Origin: Chitinivorax sp.
GTDB taxonomy: Bacteria > Pseudomonadota > Gammaproteobacteria > Burkholderiales > SCOH01
Assembly (NCBI GenBank): GCA_046347685.1
Contig: JAXMFR010000005.1
Span: forward strand, 23,269-87,268
Length of the DNA stretch: 64,000 nucleotides
Direction: 5' to 3'
In this document: positions 53,376 through 63,889 of the stretch, in pieces
Layout: the number at the start of each line of letters is the position of its first letter
How positions within the stretch are numbered: the stretch's first letter is position 1
Notes under the pieces: generated by a model
Told to the model about the DNA's origin: nothing
Seen by the model: only the letters and a program-made list of their open reading frames with translations
The model's database searches: none
Translations under genes and position numbers: made by a program

Positions 53376-55214
53376 ATGGAAAAACCCAATCCCAGTCTGA
53401 TTGCCCGAGAAACGCTAAAACAACTGGCACAACGCAAGATGGTGCCAAGCCCGGCCAACTATCGACGCATCTATGAACAGATCGCTGGTGAAAAAGAGAA
53501 GCAGCCGGATCTAGAGCTTTCGGAAAAACTGCTGAAACCAGTACGCGAACTTGCGGGTGACAATCCCAACAAGCGCCGCATCGTCAAACAGCTGGAAGAG
53601 CTGGCCGAGGAAAAGAAATGGGATGAGTTTGTCCGCATTTTCGAAGAACAGCAGAAACAATTGCTGGTGTCCTCCCAGTTTGATCAGCCTTGGCCGGACT
53701 TGATTCGTGATTTGTTGCGGCAATGGGAAACCCGGCAGCGCGGCGTCAGCTCGGCAATGAAAAAAGAAGCGCTGGAGCGGGTGTTGATCAATTTCGGCAA
53801 TGATGTGGGTTTGCTCAATGAAAAAATTGGCGCGATGCTGCGTTCCTGGGGCGAATCAGGCCAGGGTGAAACCGGCATCGAGACAGTTGATGTGCCTGAA
53901 GAGATCGAGCCAGAGGAACTGGCGCCGGAAACAGCCGTGCGGCAGGGTAATGAAATGCAGCCTTTTGGTCTGCGTCCCAGTGTGGTGCAGCCCCAGGTCT
54001 GGAACGACTGGATTGAATTGGTCAGGCGCACGCTCGAATGTGCGGTAATTGCCCGATTGAAACACTTGCCCGAGTTGCAGCAGGACGCTGAAGCGCTGCT
54101 GGTGACATTGCGCCAAGTCTACGATGAACAGACGCTGAAATATTTTGCGATTCAAGTCAAAAAATTCATTCTGCGCCTGGAGTTGCAAAACGATACCGAA
54201 GACCGGCTGGTTGAAGGCTTGCTACATTTGTTGAGCCTGTTTGTCGACAATATTTCCGAGCTGGTGATTGACGACGAATGGCTGCGTGGGCAGATCGACG
54301 TGGTCAAGCAACTGGTACACAAACCGGTTAATGTGCGCCAGATTTATGCTGCGGAAATCAGCTTCAAGGAAGTCGTAATCAAACAGGGGGCGCTGAAAAA
54401 GAGCCTGAACGAAGCAAAGCAAACCTTCAAGAGCATGATCGAGACCTTTGTCTCGCGTCTTGGCTCGATGTCGACGGTGACGGGCGATTATCACGACAAA
54501 GTGACACGGTATGTGGATAGTATCCGTGCCACGGATGACCTGACGCAGTTGAATTCACTATTGGCGGACTTGATGAACGATACCCGCATGATTCAGCTCG
54601 ACATGCAGCGTTCGCGTGATGAATTGATGCAAGCCAAGCGTGAGGCGGAAGAGGCCGAGCAGCGCATCATTGAGCTGGAGCACCAGCTTGAGGCCGCCAG
54701 CGAGAAAGTTCGGGAAGACCATTTGACCGGGGCGCTGAACCGACGCGGGCTGGACACCGCATTTGTGGCAGAGATTGCCCGAGCCGACCGCGAGGCCCGT
54801 CCATTGTCGGTGTCGGTAATCGACATCGACAATTTCAAGCAGCTTAATGATCGTTTGGGGCATCAGGCCGGCGATGGCGCGCTGGTGCATCTGGTGCAGG
54901 TGGTCAAGGATACGTTGCGGCCAACCGATGTGGTGGCGCGTTATGGCGGTGAAGAGTTTGTGGTGCTTTTGATCAATACGCCACTGGACGAGGCGCAGGC
55001 GGTGATGACCCGTCTGCAGCGCGAACTGACCAAGCGCTTTTTTCTGCATGATAATCAGAAGATACTGATAACATTCAGCGCCGGCGTGACTCAGTTTCAA
55101 CCCGGCGATAATCAGGACAGCGTGATCGCCCGCGCTGACGACGCAATGTATCAAGCCAAGAAAACCGGCAAGAACAAGGTGGTGGCTTATACCGCAACCC
55201 TGCCTGCCTATTAG
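53376..55214 (+). CDS. cytoplasmic diguanylate cyclase with large unassigned N-terminal region
   Basis: C-terminal GGDEF domain (RYGGEEFVVLL) with an RxxD I-site (RPTD) five residues upstream. The first ~430 aa are helical/coiled-coil with no motif I recognise. Confidence 0.85.
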   Translation: MEKPNPSLIARETLKQLAQRKMVPSPANYRRIYEQIAGEKEKQPDLELSEKLLKPVRELAGDNPNKRRIVKQLEELAEEKKWDEFVRIFEEQQKQLLVSSQFDQPWPDLIRDLLRQWETRQRGVSSAMKKEALERVLINFGNDVGLLNEKIGAMLRSWGESGQGETGIETVDVPEEIEPEELAPETAVRQGNEMQPFGLRPSVVQPQVWNDWIELVRRTLECAVIARLKHLPELQQDAEALLVTLRQVYDEQTLKYFAIQVKKFILRLELQNDTEDRLVEGLLHLLSLFVDNISELVIDDEWLRGQIDVVKQLVHKPVNVRQIYAAEISFKEVVIKQGALKKSLNEAKQTFKSMIETFVSRLGSMSTVTGDYHDKVTRYVDSIRATDDLTQLNSLLADLMNDTRMIQLDMQRSRDELMQAKREAEEAEQRIIELEHQLEAASEKVREDHLTGALNRRGLDTAFVAEIARADREARPLSVSVIDIDNFKQLNDRLGHQAGDGALVHLVQVVKDTLRPTDVVARYGGEEFVVLLINTPLDEAQAVMTRLQRELTKRFFLHDNQKILITFSAGVTQFQPGDNQDSVIARADDAMYQAKKTGKNKVVAYTATLPAY

Positions 55215-55348
55215 GCGTGCTTTTGATTTATATGCATGATTGCTTCTATTGCCGCTGTTTCTTTGACTGACTCTCTGAAGTTGACGTTTGCGTTGCTGGC
55301 GTCTGTCTCTGCTCGTCTCCAAACTCATCATCGGGAGCCGGGCGCATC

Positions 55349-58102
55349 ATGAAGTCCGTGCATCGCGGATTCAGCGTCAAGCTGTTGCTGGTGTTGATGC
55401 TGGCTGCCTCGGTGTTGTTGCTGGGCCTCTCGTATATCCTCAGTCTGTCGCTTGAACGTGGCAATCGCTTGCTGGTTGCCGAAATGCATCAGGTTTTGCT
55501 CAGCAACAACCGGCAAGTGGCGCAGCAGCTGCTGCAGGGTCGCACAGATGCATTGAATGCCGATCTGGGGCGCGTGCAGATTGCTCTGGAGGAGAGCAGT
55601 CGTGCATTGAGCCATCACTTGCAGCGCGGTGGACAGATGGAAGAGTCGGCGCCGGAGCTGATTCGACGTTTGCTGCACGGCGAAAGTTTGCTGGATGCCG
55701 CTTTCTATTGCGATCTGCTAGTCGGCCAGTGTCATCTGCTTCAGGCGGGAGAGCAACAGGAACAGTCGCGTCGTCCTGACGCTCAGTTGCAGGATCTGCA
55801 GCACCTGCTGCCGCAGCTGACTGCTGCTGGTGCCGCGCGCTGGGCTGATTTGCGGCCGTTGCCACAAACCGATGGTAAGTGGGGTGTTGAGCTACTGGCC
55901 GGCGTTTATCGCGGCGAACAGCGTGTTGGCGTGATTGGCGCTACCATCGATTTGCAGCGCCTGAATCAGCTATTACAAAAGAATCTGGCGCCGCAGGGCA
56001 GCTTTGTGTTGCTACTGGATAGCCAGTTACGTTTGCTCAGTGGCAGCGACGATGCGTTGCAGCACTGGAATGGACCGGCGCAACGATCACGTTCACCGGT
56101 GCCATTGTCTACCTGCGCCAATCCGCCGTTGCTGACTGCCATCAAGGATTTGCAACTGGCTGCGGCTGGTTATGAAGTCGTTGACCTTGGCGTGGCGCCA
56201 CGTCTGCTGGTACAGCAAAAGCTGGCGTTGCTCGACTGGCGCTTGTTTCTGGCGATACCGCAGATGCCACTGGCGGATGCCGAAGAGCGCATCGAGCTGG
56301 CCAGCCAATCGGCACGGCAACAGGTTGAGCGCTTATTCCTGTTTTCCGGCATCGGCATGGTGTTGCTGGTGGTCAGTTTTTTCCAGCTGCAATTGCGCTG
56401 GATGACCCGACCGATACGTATGCTGATCGATGCGGCCAAGGCTTTTTCCTCCGGTCGCTTGGAGCGCCGTGTGGACGTTCCGCGCGACAAGGAATTGGGC
56501 GCGTTGCTAAGCACCTTCAATGAAATGGCTGATACGGTTCAGGCCAAGATTCATGCACTGGATGAGGCCAACGAGCAACTGCGTGATACCAATCTGCAAC
56601 TCCAGGACAACCTGCAGGCATCGCAGCAGCTGAACCAGTCGCTGGAGATGGAAATTGCGCGCCGCACTGACGCTGAAAAGGCCTTGTCGCTGAGTGAGAT
56701 TCGCCTGCAATCGATTCTGGCGCATTCTCCGGAGCCGATTTTCCTCAAGGATATCCGTGGTCACTATCTGTTGGTGAATCAGGCATTCGAAAAGCTGGCT
56801 GGCAGACCGGCGGCACAGATTGTCGGCGCTACCGATCTGGATATTTTTCCGCCATCGTTAGCGATGCAGTTGCAGCGGCATGATGCGCAGGTGCTTGCCG
56901 AGCGTCACGCGCAAGAATTTGAAGAAAATTTTGGCCAGATGAATCGGCCACAGGTGTTTCTCACTTGCCGTTTTCTGCTGTTTGACGACAAGCAGCGTCC
57001 GCATGCGCTGGGCGGCATTGCCATCGATTTTACCCAACGCAAGCAGGCAGAGGCCGAGCTGCGGCAGACCAAGGAGCATCTGGATCAGTTGGTAGAGGCG
57101 CGTACGGCCACACTTCGGCAGCTCAACAGCAATCTGGCGCTGGAAATCGAAGAGCGGCGTCAGACGCTGGATCAGCTCAAGGAATCGGAAGCGCGGTATC
57201 AGGTGTTGCTGGACAATGCCTGGGATGGCGTGGCGATTTTGCGCCAGGGCGAGTTGTATTACGCCAATCCGGCGTTGGTGCGCCTGTTGGGCGCGCAGCA
57301 GGTAGATCAGGTGATGTGGCGCTCGTTTCTGGAGTTTATCGATCCGGCGCAACGCGAGTTTATTGCCGACAACTATCGCCGCCGCCTGGCAGGCGAATCG
57401 GTGGCATCGGTGTATGAGTCATCCTTGCAGACCTTGCAGGGAGAGCTGATTGACGTCGAGATTTCGGTCGGGCTGGCGAGCTATCACGGGGTGATGGTCA
57501 CCGTGGCGGTGGTGCGGGATATCCGCGCCCGCAAAAACGCTGAGCGTGAGCTGCAGCGGGCCAATCAGGAGTTGCTGCGCTTGTCTACCACCGATGCGCT
57601 GACCGGCCTCTACAACCGTCGTTATCTGATGGATACCATGGCCGCCGAGTTTTCCCGGGCGCGACGTTACTGGACGCCGATGGCGATCATGATGATCGAT
57701 GTCGATCACTTCAAGCTGGTCAATGACCGTTATGGCCATCAAGTCGGTGATCAGGTACTGGAGCACATGGGGCGTATTCTGCGTGAGCGGACGCGCCAGA
57801 GTGATATTGCCGCACGTTACGGTGGTGAAGAATTGACGGTATTGTTGCCGCAAACTGCATTGGAGCAGGCGACGACAGTGGCGGAGACATTGCGACAGCT
57901 AGTTGCAGAGAAGCCGTTTGTGGATGATAGTGGCCGTCAGGTTCACATCACTATCAGTATCGGTCTGGCATGTTTCCCTGAGCTGGGTGTGGACGATGCG
58001 GAAAGGTTGTTGCAATACGCCGATGCTGCGTTGTATCAGGCCAAGGAACAGGGGCGTAACCGCGTGGTGTTGGCGCGGCTGGATATGATCCAGCCGCTGT
58101 AG
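55349..58102 (+). CDS. membrane sensor: periplasmic domain - HAMP - PAS - PAS - GGDEF (GGEEL variant)
   Basis: Two TM helices flank a periplasmic region of about 290 aa. HAMP (RPIRMLIDAAKAF..FNEMADTV), two PAS segments, and a GGDEF domain with RQSD and RYGGEELTVLL. Confidence 0.85.
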   Translation: MKSVHRGFSVKLLLVLMLAASVLLLGLSYILSLSLERGNRLLVAEMHQVLLSNNRQVAQQLLQGRTDALNADLGRVQIALEESSRALSHHLQRGGQMEESAPELIRRLLHGESLLDAAFYCDLLVGQCHLLQAGEQQEQSRRPDAQLQDLQHLLPQLTAAGAARWADLRPLPQTDGKWGVELLAGVYRGEQRVGVIGATIDLQRLNQLLQKNLAPQGSFVLLLDSQLRLLSGSDDALQHWNGPAQRSRSPVPLSTCANPPLLTAIKDLQLAAAGYEVVDLGVAPRLLVQQKLALLDWRLFLAIPQMPLADAEERIELASQSARQQVERLFLFSGIGMVLLVVSFFQLQLRWMTRPIRMLIDAAKAFSSGRLERRVDVPRDKELGALLSTFNEMADTVQAKIHALDEANEQLRDTNLQLQDNLQASQQLNQSLEMEIARRTDAEKALSLSEIRLQSILAHSPEPIFLKDIRGHYLLVNQAFEKLAGRPAAQIVGATDLDIFPPSLAMQLQRHDAQVLAERHAQEFEENFGQMNRPQVFLTCRFLLFDDKQRPHALGGIAIDFTQRKQAEAELRQTKEHLDQLVEARTATLRQLNSNLALEIEERRQTLDQLKESEARYQVLLDNAWDGVAILRQGELYYANPALVRLLGAQQVDQVMWRSFLEFIDPAQREFIADNYRRRLAGESVASVYESSLQTLQGELIDVEISVGLASYHGVMVTVAVVRDIRARKNAERELQRANQELLRLSTTDALTGLYNRRYLMDTMAAEFSRARRYWTPMAIMMIDVDHFKLVNDRYGHQVGDQVLEHMGRILRERTRQSDIAARYGGEELTVLLPQTALEQATTVAETLRQLVAEKPFVDDSGRQVHITISIGLACFPELGVDDAERLLQYADAALYQAKEQGRNRVVLARLDMIQPL

Positions 58103-58118
58103 CCGTTGCTTTTGCTGT

Positions 58119-58943
58119 TTAGAAAATCCGTCGCTGCAGGCTGGCGCGATGCAGGATGGTGCTCGACAGCTCTTCAATCGATTTCGCCGTGGTATCCAGG
58201 TAGGGGATGCCTTCCTTGCGGAAAATCGCCTCAACTTCCGCCGTTTCAAAGCGGCAGTTGTCCAGCGATGCATATTTGCTGTCTGGTTTGCGCTGATTGC
58301 GGATGGCTGCCAACCTATCCGGGCCAATGGTCAGGCCAAACAGCTTGTGCCGGTAGGGGGCCAGCACCGCCGGCAGTTTCACTTCTCCCAGATCCTCCGG
58401 AATCAGCGGATAGTTGGCCGCCTTGATGCCGTATTGCAGGGCCATGTACAGGCAGGTTGGGGTTTTGCCACTACGCGATACACCCACCAGGATGATATCT
58501 GCAGTGTCCAGGTCTTTGGGTTTGATCCCGTCATCATGTGCCAGCGCAAAATTGATGGCTTCAATGCGGGCGTTGTATTCACCAAAATTGTTAACGCTGT
58601 GGGTTTTGCCCATGGTATGCGAGGACTTGTGATTCAGCTCCTGCTCCAGTGGCGAGATGAACGCCTCGAAGAAATCCAGGCACAAAGCGCAATCCACTTT
58701 CAATGCGCTGCGCAATTCGTCGTCCACCAGCGTACTGAAAACAATCGGCCGTTCATCGTCCTTACTCGCCGCTGCCCGCACCTGTTCGTTTACCTGCAGT
58801 ACTTTTTCCTGGGTGTCGATGAACGGTAACGTCACGCGTCTGAATTCTGGCCCCTCAAATTGAGTAAGCAGGCTATGTGCCAGCATTTCGGCAGTGATCC
58901 CGGTGCGATCGGATACTATAAATACAGTTCGGCGGTTGGGCAT
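58119..58943 (-). CDS. ppsR: PEP synthase regulatory protein (pyruvate, water dikinase kinase/phosphorylase, DUF299)
   Basis: VFIVSDRTGITAE and GVSRSGKTP P-loop. It is divergent from ppsA. Confidence 0.92.
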   Translation of the reverse strand: MPNRRTVFIVSDRTGITAEMLAHSLLTQFEGPEFRRVTLPFIDTQEKVLQVNEQVRAAASKDDERPIVFSTLVDDELRSALKVDCALCLDFFEAFISPLEQELNHKSSHTMGKTHSVNNFGEYNARIEAINFALAHDDGIKPKDLDTADIILVGVSRSGKTPTCLYMALQYGIKAANYPLIPEDLGEVKLPAVLAPYRHKLFGLTIGPDRLAAIRNQRKPDSKYASLDNCRFETAEVEAIFRKEGIPYLDTTAKSIEELSSTILHRASLQRRIF

Positions 58944-59134
58944 GAAAGGTTCCTTGCTGGTGCTATGTGGGCGATATCTGGCCATAAGCATAATGCAAGC
59001 TGCCGCTGCCGTGGGTCGTTACACGCCCGAGCTGGCGCAAAAAATCCGTTCGGCAACGGGTTTATGCTGCCAAAGCAAGGGCAAAACCGGTAAAATCCGG
59101 CCTTTACGTTTTTATCCTTACAGGAATGTTTGAG

Positions 59135-61522
59135 ATGGCAGACAATTACGTCATTTGGTTCGAAAAGCTGCGCATGACCGACGTTGAGCAGGTTGGCGGC
59201 AAAAACGCCTCGCTCGGCGAGATGATCAGCCAGCTGGCCAGTTCCGGCGTACGCGTTCCCGGTGGCTTTGCGACAACCGCACAGGCTTACCGTGATTTCT
59301 TGCAGCACGAAGGTCTGGCGCAGCGGATCGAAGACGCGCTGAAAACACTGAACATCGACGACGTGGCCACCCTGGCCAAAGTCGGCGCGCAGATTCGTCA
59401 GTGGATCGTCGATACCCCGTTCCCGGCCAAGCTCGAGCATGAAGTGGCTGACGCCTATGCCAAGATGGTTGCCGATTCCGGCGCCGAAATCTCGGTTGCG
59501 GTGCGTTCCTCTGCAACAGCCGAAGACTTGCCGGATGCCTCGTTTGCCGGCCAGCAGGAAACCTTCCTCAACATTCATGGCCTGGATAACGTCAAGATCG
59601 CGATCAAACACGTGTTTGCATCGCTCTACAACGACCGCGCTATCGCCTACCGCGTACACAAGGGCTTTACACACAGTGAAGTGGCGCTGTCCGCAGGTAT
59701 CCAGCGCATGGTGCGTTCCGATTCCGGCGCATCGGGCGTGATGTTCACCATCGATACCGAATCCGGTTTTGACGATGTGGTGTTTATCACCTCCTCGTAT
59801 GGCCTGGGTGAAACCGTGGTGCAAGGTGCGGTTAATCCCGACGAATTCTACGTTCACAAGCCGACCCTGGCTGCAGGCCGCCCGGCTGTGCTGCGCCGCA
59901 ATCGTGGTTCGAAGCTGATCAAGATGATTTTCACCGAGGCACGTGAAGCCGGCCGTTCGGTAAAAACCATCGAAGTGCCGGTACCGGATCGCAAGGTGTA
60001 TTCGATCACCGACGCCGAAGTGGAAGAACTGGCGAAATACGCGTTGATCATCGAGAAGCACTACCAGCGCCCGATGGATATCGAATGGGGCCGTGATGGT
60101 GTGGACGGCAAGCTGTACATCCTGCAGGCACGTCCGGAAACCGTTAAGTCGCAGGAAAACCGCGTAGACACACTGCGTCGTTATCGCCTCAACAGCAAAT
60201 CGGAAATCCTCGCGTCCGGTCGCGCCATCGGTCAGAAGATCGGCAAGGGCGTGGTACGCATGATTACCGACATCGCGCAGATGGATCGCGTGAAAGAGGG
60301 CGATGTACTGGTTACTGACATGACCGACCCGGATTGGGAACCGGTGATGAAGCGTGCCGCTGCCATCGTGACCAACCGCGGTGGTCGTACCTGCCACGCA
60401 GCGATTATTGCCCGCGAGCTGGGCATCCCGGCCGTTGTGGGGTGTGGCGATGCTACCGACGCGCTGTCGGACGGCATGGAAGTAACCGTCTCCTGCGCCG
60501 AAGGTGACACCGGCAACATCTACAAGGGTCTGCTCGACGTTGAGATCATCGACCTGCAGTTGGACAAGATGCCGGAATCGCCAGTCAAGCTGATGATGAA
60601 CGTCGGCAATCCGGAACTGGCGTTCGACTTCGCGCACCTGCCGAACGAAGGTGTCGGTCTGGCGCGTCTGGAATTCATCATCAACCGCATGATCGGCATT
60701 CACCCGAAAGCCTTGCTGGCCTATCCGAACATTCCGGACGAAGTGAAGGACAAGATTGAAGACGCGATCGGCGGTTATGCCAGCCCGGTAGACTTCTATG
60801 TGGAACGTCTGGTGGAAGGCATTGCCACCATCGGCGCCGCGTTTGCACCGAAAAAGGTGATTGTGCGCATGTCCGACTTCAAGTCGAACGAGTACTCCAA
60901 CCTGGTCGGTGGCAGCCTGTTCGAGCCGCACGAAGAAAACCCGATGATCGGCTTCCGTGGCGCTTCGCGTTACATCAGCGAATCGTTCCGTGATTGCTTC
61001 GAGCTGGAATGCCGTGCGTTGCGCAAAGTGCGCGACACCATGGGCCTGACCAATGTTGAAGTGATGATCCCGTTTGTGCGCACGCTGGACGAAGCGCGCA
61101 AGGTGGTTGAGTTGCTGGCTGCCAACGGTCTGAAGCGTGGCGAGAATGGCCTGCGTCTGATCATGATGTGTGAAATCCCGTCCAACGCGATTCTGGCCGA
61201 GCAGTTCCTCGAATACTTCGATGGCTTCTCGATTGGCTCGAACGACATGACCCAGCTGACGCTGGCGCTGGACCGCGACTCGGGTGGCCCGATTGCCAAC
61301 CTGTTCGACGAGCGCAACGAAGCCGTCAAGGCGCTGTTGTCGATGGCGATCCAGGCTTGCCGCAAGCAGGGCAAATACATCGGCATCTGTGGCCAAGGCC
61401 CGTCGGATCATCCGGATCTGGCCAAGTGGCTGGTGGAGCAGGGTATCGAAACCGTGTCGCTGAACCCGGACACCGTGGTTGAAACCTGGATCTACCTGGC
61501 AAAAGAGCTGGGCAAGAAATAA
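59135..61522 (+). CDS. ppsA: phosphoenolpyruvate synthase
   Basis: [10 protein letters not shown], phospho-His segment [17 protein letters not shown], and a C-terminal PEP-utilising TIM domain. Confidence 0.97.
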   Translation: MADNYVIWFEKLRMTDVEQVGGKNASLGEMISQLASSGVRVPGGFATTAQAYRDFLQHEGLAQRIEDALKTLNIDDVATLAKVGAQIRQWIVDTPFPAKLEHEVADAYAKMVADSGAEISVAVRSSATAEDLPDASFAGQQETFLNIHGLDNVKIAIKHVFASLYNDRAIAYRVHKGFTHSEVALSAGIQRMVRSDSGASGVMFTIDTESGFDDVVFITSSYGLGETVVQGAVNPDEFYVHKPTLAAGRPAVLRRNRGSKLIKMIFTEAREAGRSVKTIEVPVPDRKVYSITDAEVEELAKYALIIEKHYQRPMDIEWGRDGVDGKLYILQARPETVKSQENRVDTLRRYRLNSKSEILASGRAIGQKIGKGVVRMITDIAQMDRVKEGDVLVTDMTDPDWEPVMKRAAAIVTNRGGRTCHAAIIARELGIPAVVGCGDATDALSDGMEVTVSCAEGDTGNIYKGLLDVEIIDLQLDKMPESPVKLMMNVGNPELAFDFAHLPNEGVGLARLEFIINRMIGIHPKALLAYPNIPDEVKDKIEDAIGGYASPVDFYVERLVEGIATIGAAFAPKKVIVRMSDFKSNEYSNLVGGSLFEPHEENPMIGFRGASRYISESFRDCFELECRALRKVRDTMGLTNVEVMIPFVRTLDEARKVVELLAANGLKRGENGLRLIMMCEIPSNAILAEQFLEYFDGFSIGSNDMTQLTLALDRDSGGPIANLFDERNEAVKALLSMAIQACRKQGKYIGICGQGPSDHPDLAKWLVEQGIETVSLNPDTVVETWIYLAKELGKK

Positions 61523-61540
61523 GCCGGTTTGGCGTCAAAC

Positions 61541-61572
61541 AAAAACCCCGTCGAGATGACGGGGTTTTTTAT
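61541..61572 (+). terminator. rho-independent terminator after ppsA
   Basis: AAAAACCCCGTCGAGATGACGGGGTTTTTTATT. Confidence 0.9.
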
Positions 61573-61640
61573 TGCCTGAAGGGCACGTCCCTATTGCCTT
61601 GCAAGCGATGCTGCAAGCCTCGTCAGGCGTGGCTTGCAGC

Positions 61641-62478
61641 TCATGCATCGCAACTGGCGGGCTGCGTGCCTGCCAAGGTTGTGGCTTCGTCGCCAGCTAC
61701 TGTCGAGGTTGGCAGTCCACTACGCAACATCTGCTGTTTGCCGATGGCGATTTGCAGCATTTTCCATAGCTGCAGCCAGACGCTCTGCTGGATATAGCTG
61801 ACGCCATTGTTCAGCGCGCAGAGTGCCTTGATTCGCGGTTGCAGCAGTCGGTATTGGCGCATCGACAGATTGGGAAACAGGTGGCGCTCGAAATGACTGG
61901 TCAGTTTCGTGCAGCCGGCAGCATATGGCGGCACAAGTCGCGCCACTCGTTGCCGGTGTGATAGTTGGCCGAGCCGAGAATCTGCCGCAGACAGAAATGT
62001 CACGCCGCCAGCGTCGCTGCGCGGGCACATGGCATAACGCTGCAGATCGGCTCCGGCGTGGTTTGGGACGATGACAATGAACATGTGCACGCGGTGCGAT
62101 CTCGGCGCCAATGCGACACAGCAGGAAGCCCCGGCCGAACCCCGGCGAGAATCCAGCAGCGCCAGTGGCAAGCGCAAAGTTCCACAGCAGATAGGGTTGA
62201 AACAGCTCCAGCCACATTTGCCGCTCGGCTTGCGCCGCAGATCGAAAAAAATTGCCGAGTGGATTGTTGTTGCGGGTAGAGCGTTGACAGCGTACGTGCC
62301 GAGTAGTAGCTGAATTTCCAGGTGGCGGTAAACAGCACCATCACCAGCAGCTTGAGCGCTACTGGCTGCCGTGCTAGTGCCAGCCAGTCGAGGTTGCGTT
62401 CGACCAGATCCGGGTCTTGTTCCTCGCCGGTTGTAGCAGTAGGTGCATGATGTTTGCTTTTCAGTGGAATGGGGTAGT
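61641..62478 (-). pseudogene. fatty-acid desaturase remnant (5'-truncated, multiple frameshifts)
   Basis: Desaturase-like pieces are scattered over three minus-strand frames: KSKHHAPTATTGEEQDPDL; FQPYLLWNFAL; FIVIVPNHAGADL; GSANYHTGNEW; HFERHLFPNLSMRQYRLLQPRIKALC. No single ORF spans them, and there is no first His-box. Confidence 0.6.
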
Positions 62479-62481
62479 GCG

Positions 62482-62931
62482 TCAGCCCTGCTGAGTTTTG
62501 GCTGCGGCCTCTGCCTGTGATTGCAAGGTAAACAGCCGTGTGACCACGGCGAAAAAGAAGCCGGTAGACCAGCCGCACATGAGGATGCCGGTCAATGCTT
62601 CCACGCCGCCCACCATGCGCCACTCTGGCGGCAACACCAGATCGCCGTAGCCGGTGGTGGTGTAGGTGACGGTGCTGAAATAGACTGCACTGGGCAAATC
62701 CGGCATGCCGTGTTCGGCTGCGTAAAAACAGGCCCAGCCGATGATTTCCAGCGAATGCAGCACGATCATCCAGGCTGCGAGCGTGACCAGAGTCCAGTTG
62801 ATTTGCCAGAAGCTGGCCGGTGCCGTGATGTGGTGCCGTTTCAGCCAGCGCAAGGCCAGCAATACGCCCATTGAATGTATCAGCACACACAGCGCCATTA
62901 ACAGCAGCGCCAACAACATTTTCGACAACAT
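62482..62931 (-). CDS. small two-TM potassium channel family protein
   Basis: Pore helix plus selectivity filter VTYTTTGYGD between two TM helices. It is 150 aa from ATG 62931 and has no RCK or other regulatory domain. Confidence 0.8.
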   Translation of the reverse strand: MLSKMLLALLLMALCVLIHSMGVLLALRWLKRHHITAPASFWQINWTLVTLAAWMIVLHSLEIIGWACFYAAEHGMPDLPSAVYFSTVTYTTTGYGDLVLPPEWRMVGGVEALTGILMCGWSTGFFFAVVTRLFTLQSQAEAAAKTQQG

Positions 62932-63139
62932 CGGGATACCTTCGGGAAATACGCCTTTCCGGCTTTTGCTGAATGGTAGTGTTTTTTTGCCTGACTTGGA
63001 TAGATTGGCACATGACAAACAACAGTGCTGATATTCCTGGCTCGGGCTGATCTGACACGCAGGGCCGCATACGGCAGTCTATCCTGACAATGTGTTGGCA
63101 TATTTGCCATGCACAGATACATGAGGGAAGGATCTGACA

Positions 63140-63889
63140 ATGAATGCCTTGCCAGCTGCATCGTTAACCGGCTATTGGGCTGCGGACGTTGTAAGCAGCA
63201 ATCTGATTGTATTGCTGAACCTGATAGGCGCCTTGCTGCTTGGGCTGCTGGTGGGCTATGAACGTTCCTATCGTGGCCGCGCAGCGGGGATGCGTACCTA
63301 CGGGCTGGTATGCATGGCCTCGGCCGGGTTGACGGTGATCTGCGCTTATCCGCACATGTGGTTTGGTACGCACTGGGGTGGGCAGGCTATGACCGACCCG
63401 ACTCGGGTGTTTCAGGGCATTGTTACCGGCATCGGCTTTCTCGGCGCCGGGGTGATCATGCGCGAAGGCTTTAATATCAGCGGCCTGACCACTGCGGCAT
63501 CGATCTGGAGCTCTTCAGTGATCGGCATCATGATCGGCGTCGGTTTTTACGGCGCGGCGATTGCGCTGGCCTTGCTGTCGATGGGCTGCATGATGTGGGT
63601 GTCGCGGCTGGAAGGCTGGTTGCCGTCGCGGCCTGCACTGGCGATATCACTACAGTTTCGCCGTGATTTTTATCCCTCCGAGGCGGCATTGCGTCAGGCA
63701 ACTGCTGAAAACGGCTATGAGATTGCCGGCGGCAGCATGAAAATTTCGTCCAGTGATGGTCGGCAGGAATGGCAGTTTGTCGCGGTATCGCTGCTCGGGG
63801 AGCGCCAGAGCAGCCTGGCAGAATTGGCCGCCAAGCTGGAAGCGCATGAAGGCGTGGAGCGTTATCAGCTATCGCACGCACGTAACTGA
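63140..63889 (+). CDS. mgtC: MgtC/SapB family membrane protein
   Basis: LLLGLLVGYERSYRGRAAGMRTY N-terminal MgtC signature, followed by a C-terminal soluble domain. Confidence 0.85.
   Translation: MNALPAASLTGYWAADVVSSNLIVLLNLIGALLLGLLVGYERSYRGRAAGMRTYGLVCMASAGLTVICAYPHMWFGTHWGGQAMTDPTRVFQGIVTGIGFLGAGVIMREGFNISGLTTAASIWSSSVIGIMIGVGFYGAAIALALLSMGCMMWVSRLEGWLPSRPALAISLQFRRDFYPSEAALRQATAENGYEIAGGSMKISSSDGRQEWQFVAVSLLGERQSSLAELAAKLEAHEGVERYQLSHARN

Noticed and set aside
58916-61411. An 831-aa ORF antisense to ppsA. Similar long antisense ORFs occur at 5350-6804, 15229-16116, 16755-18221, 21818-23425, 23005-24309, 33314-35257, 36982-38814, 47696-48907 and 51466-52770.
   Set aside because: Each mirrors a confidently identified gene on the opposite strand. 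The translations are R/H/Q/G/A-rich with no recognisable motifs. Long stop-free antisense frames are expected in ~60% GC coding DNA.
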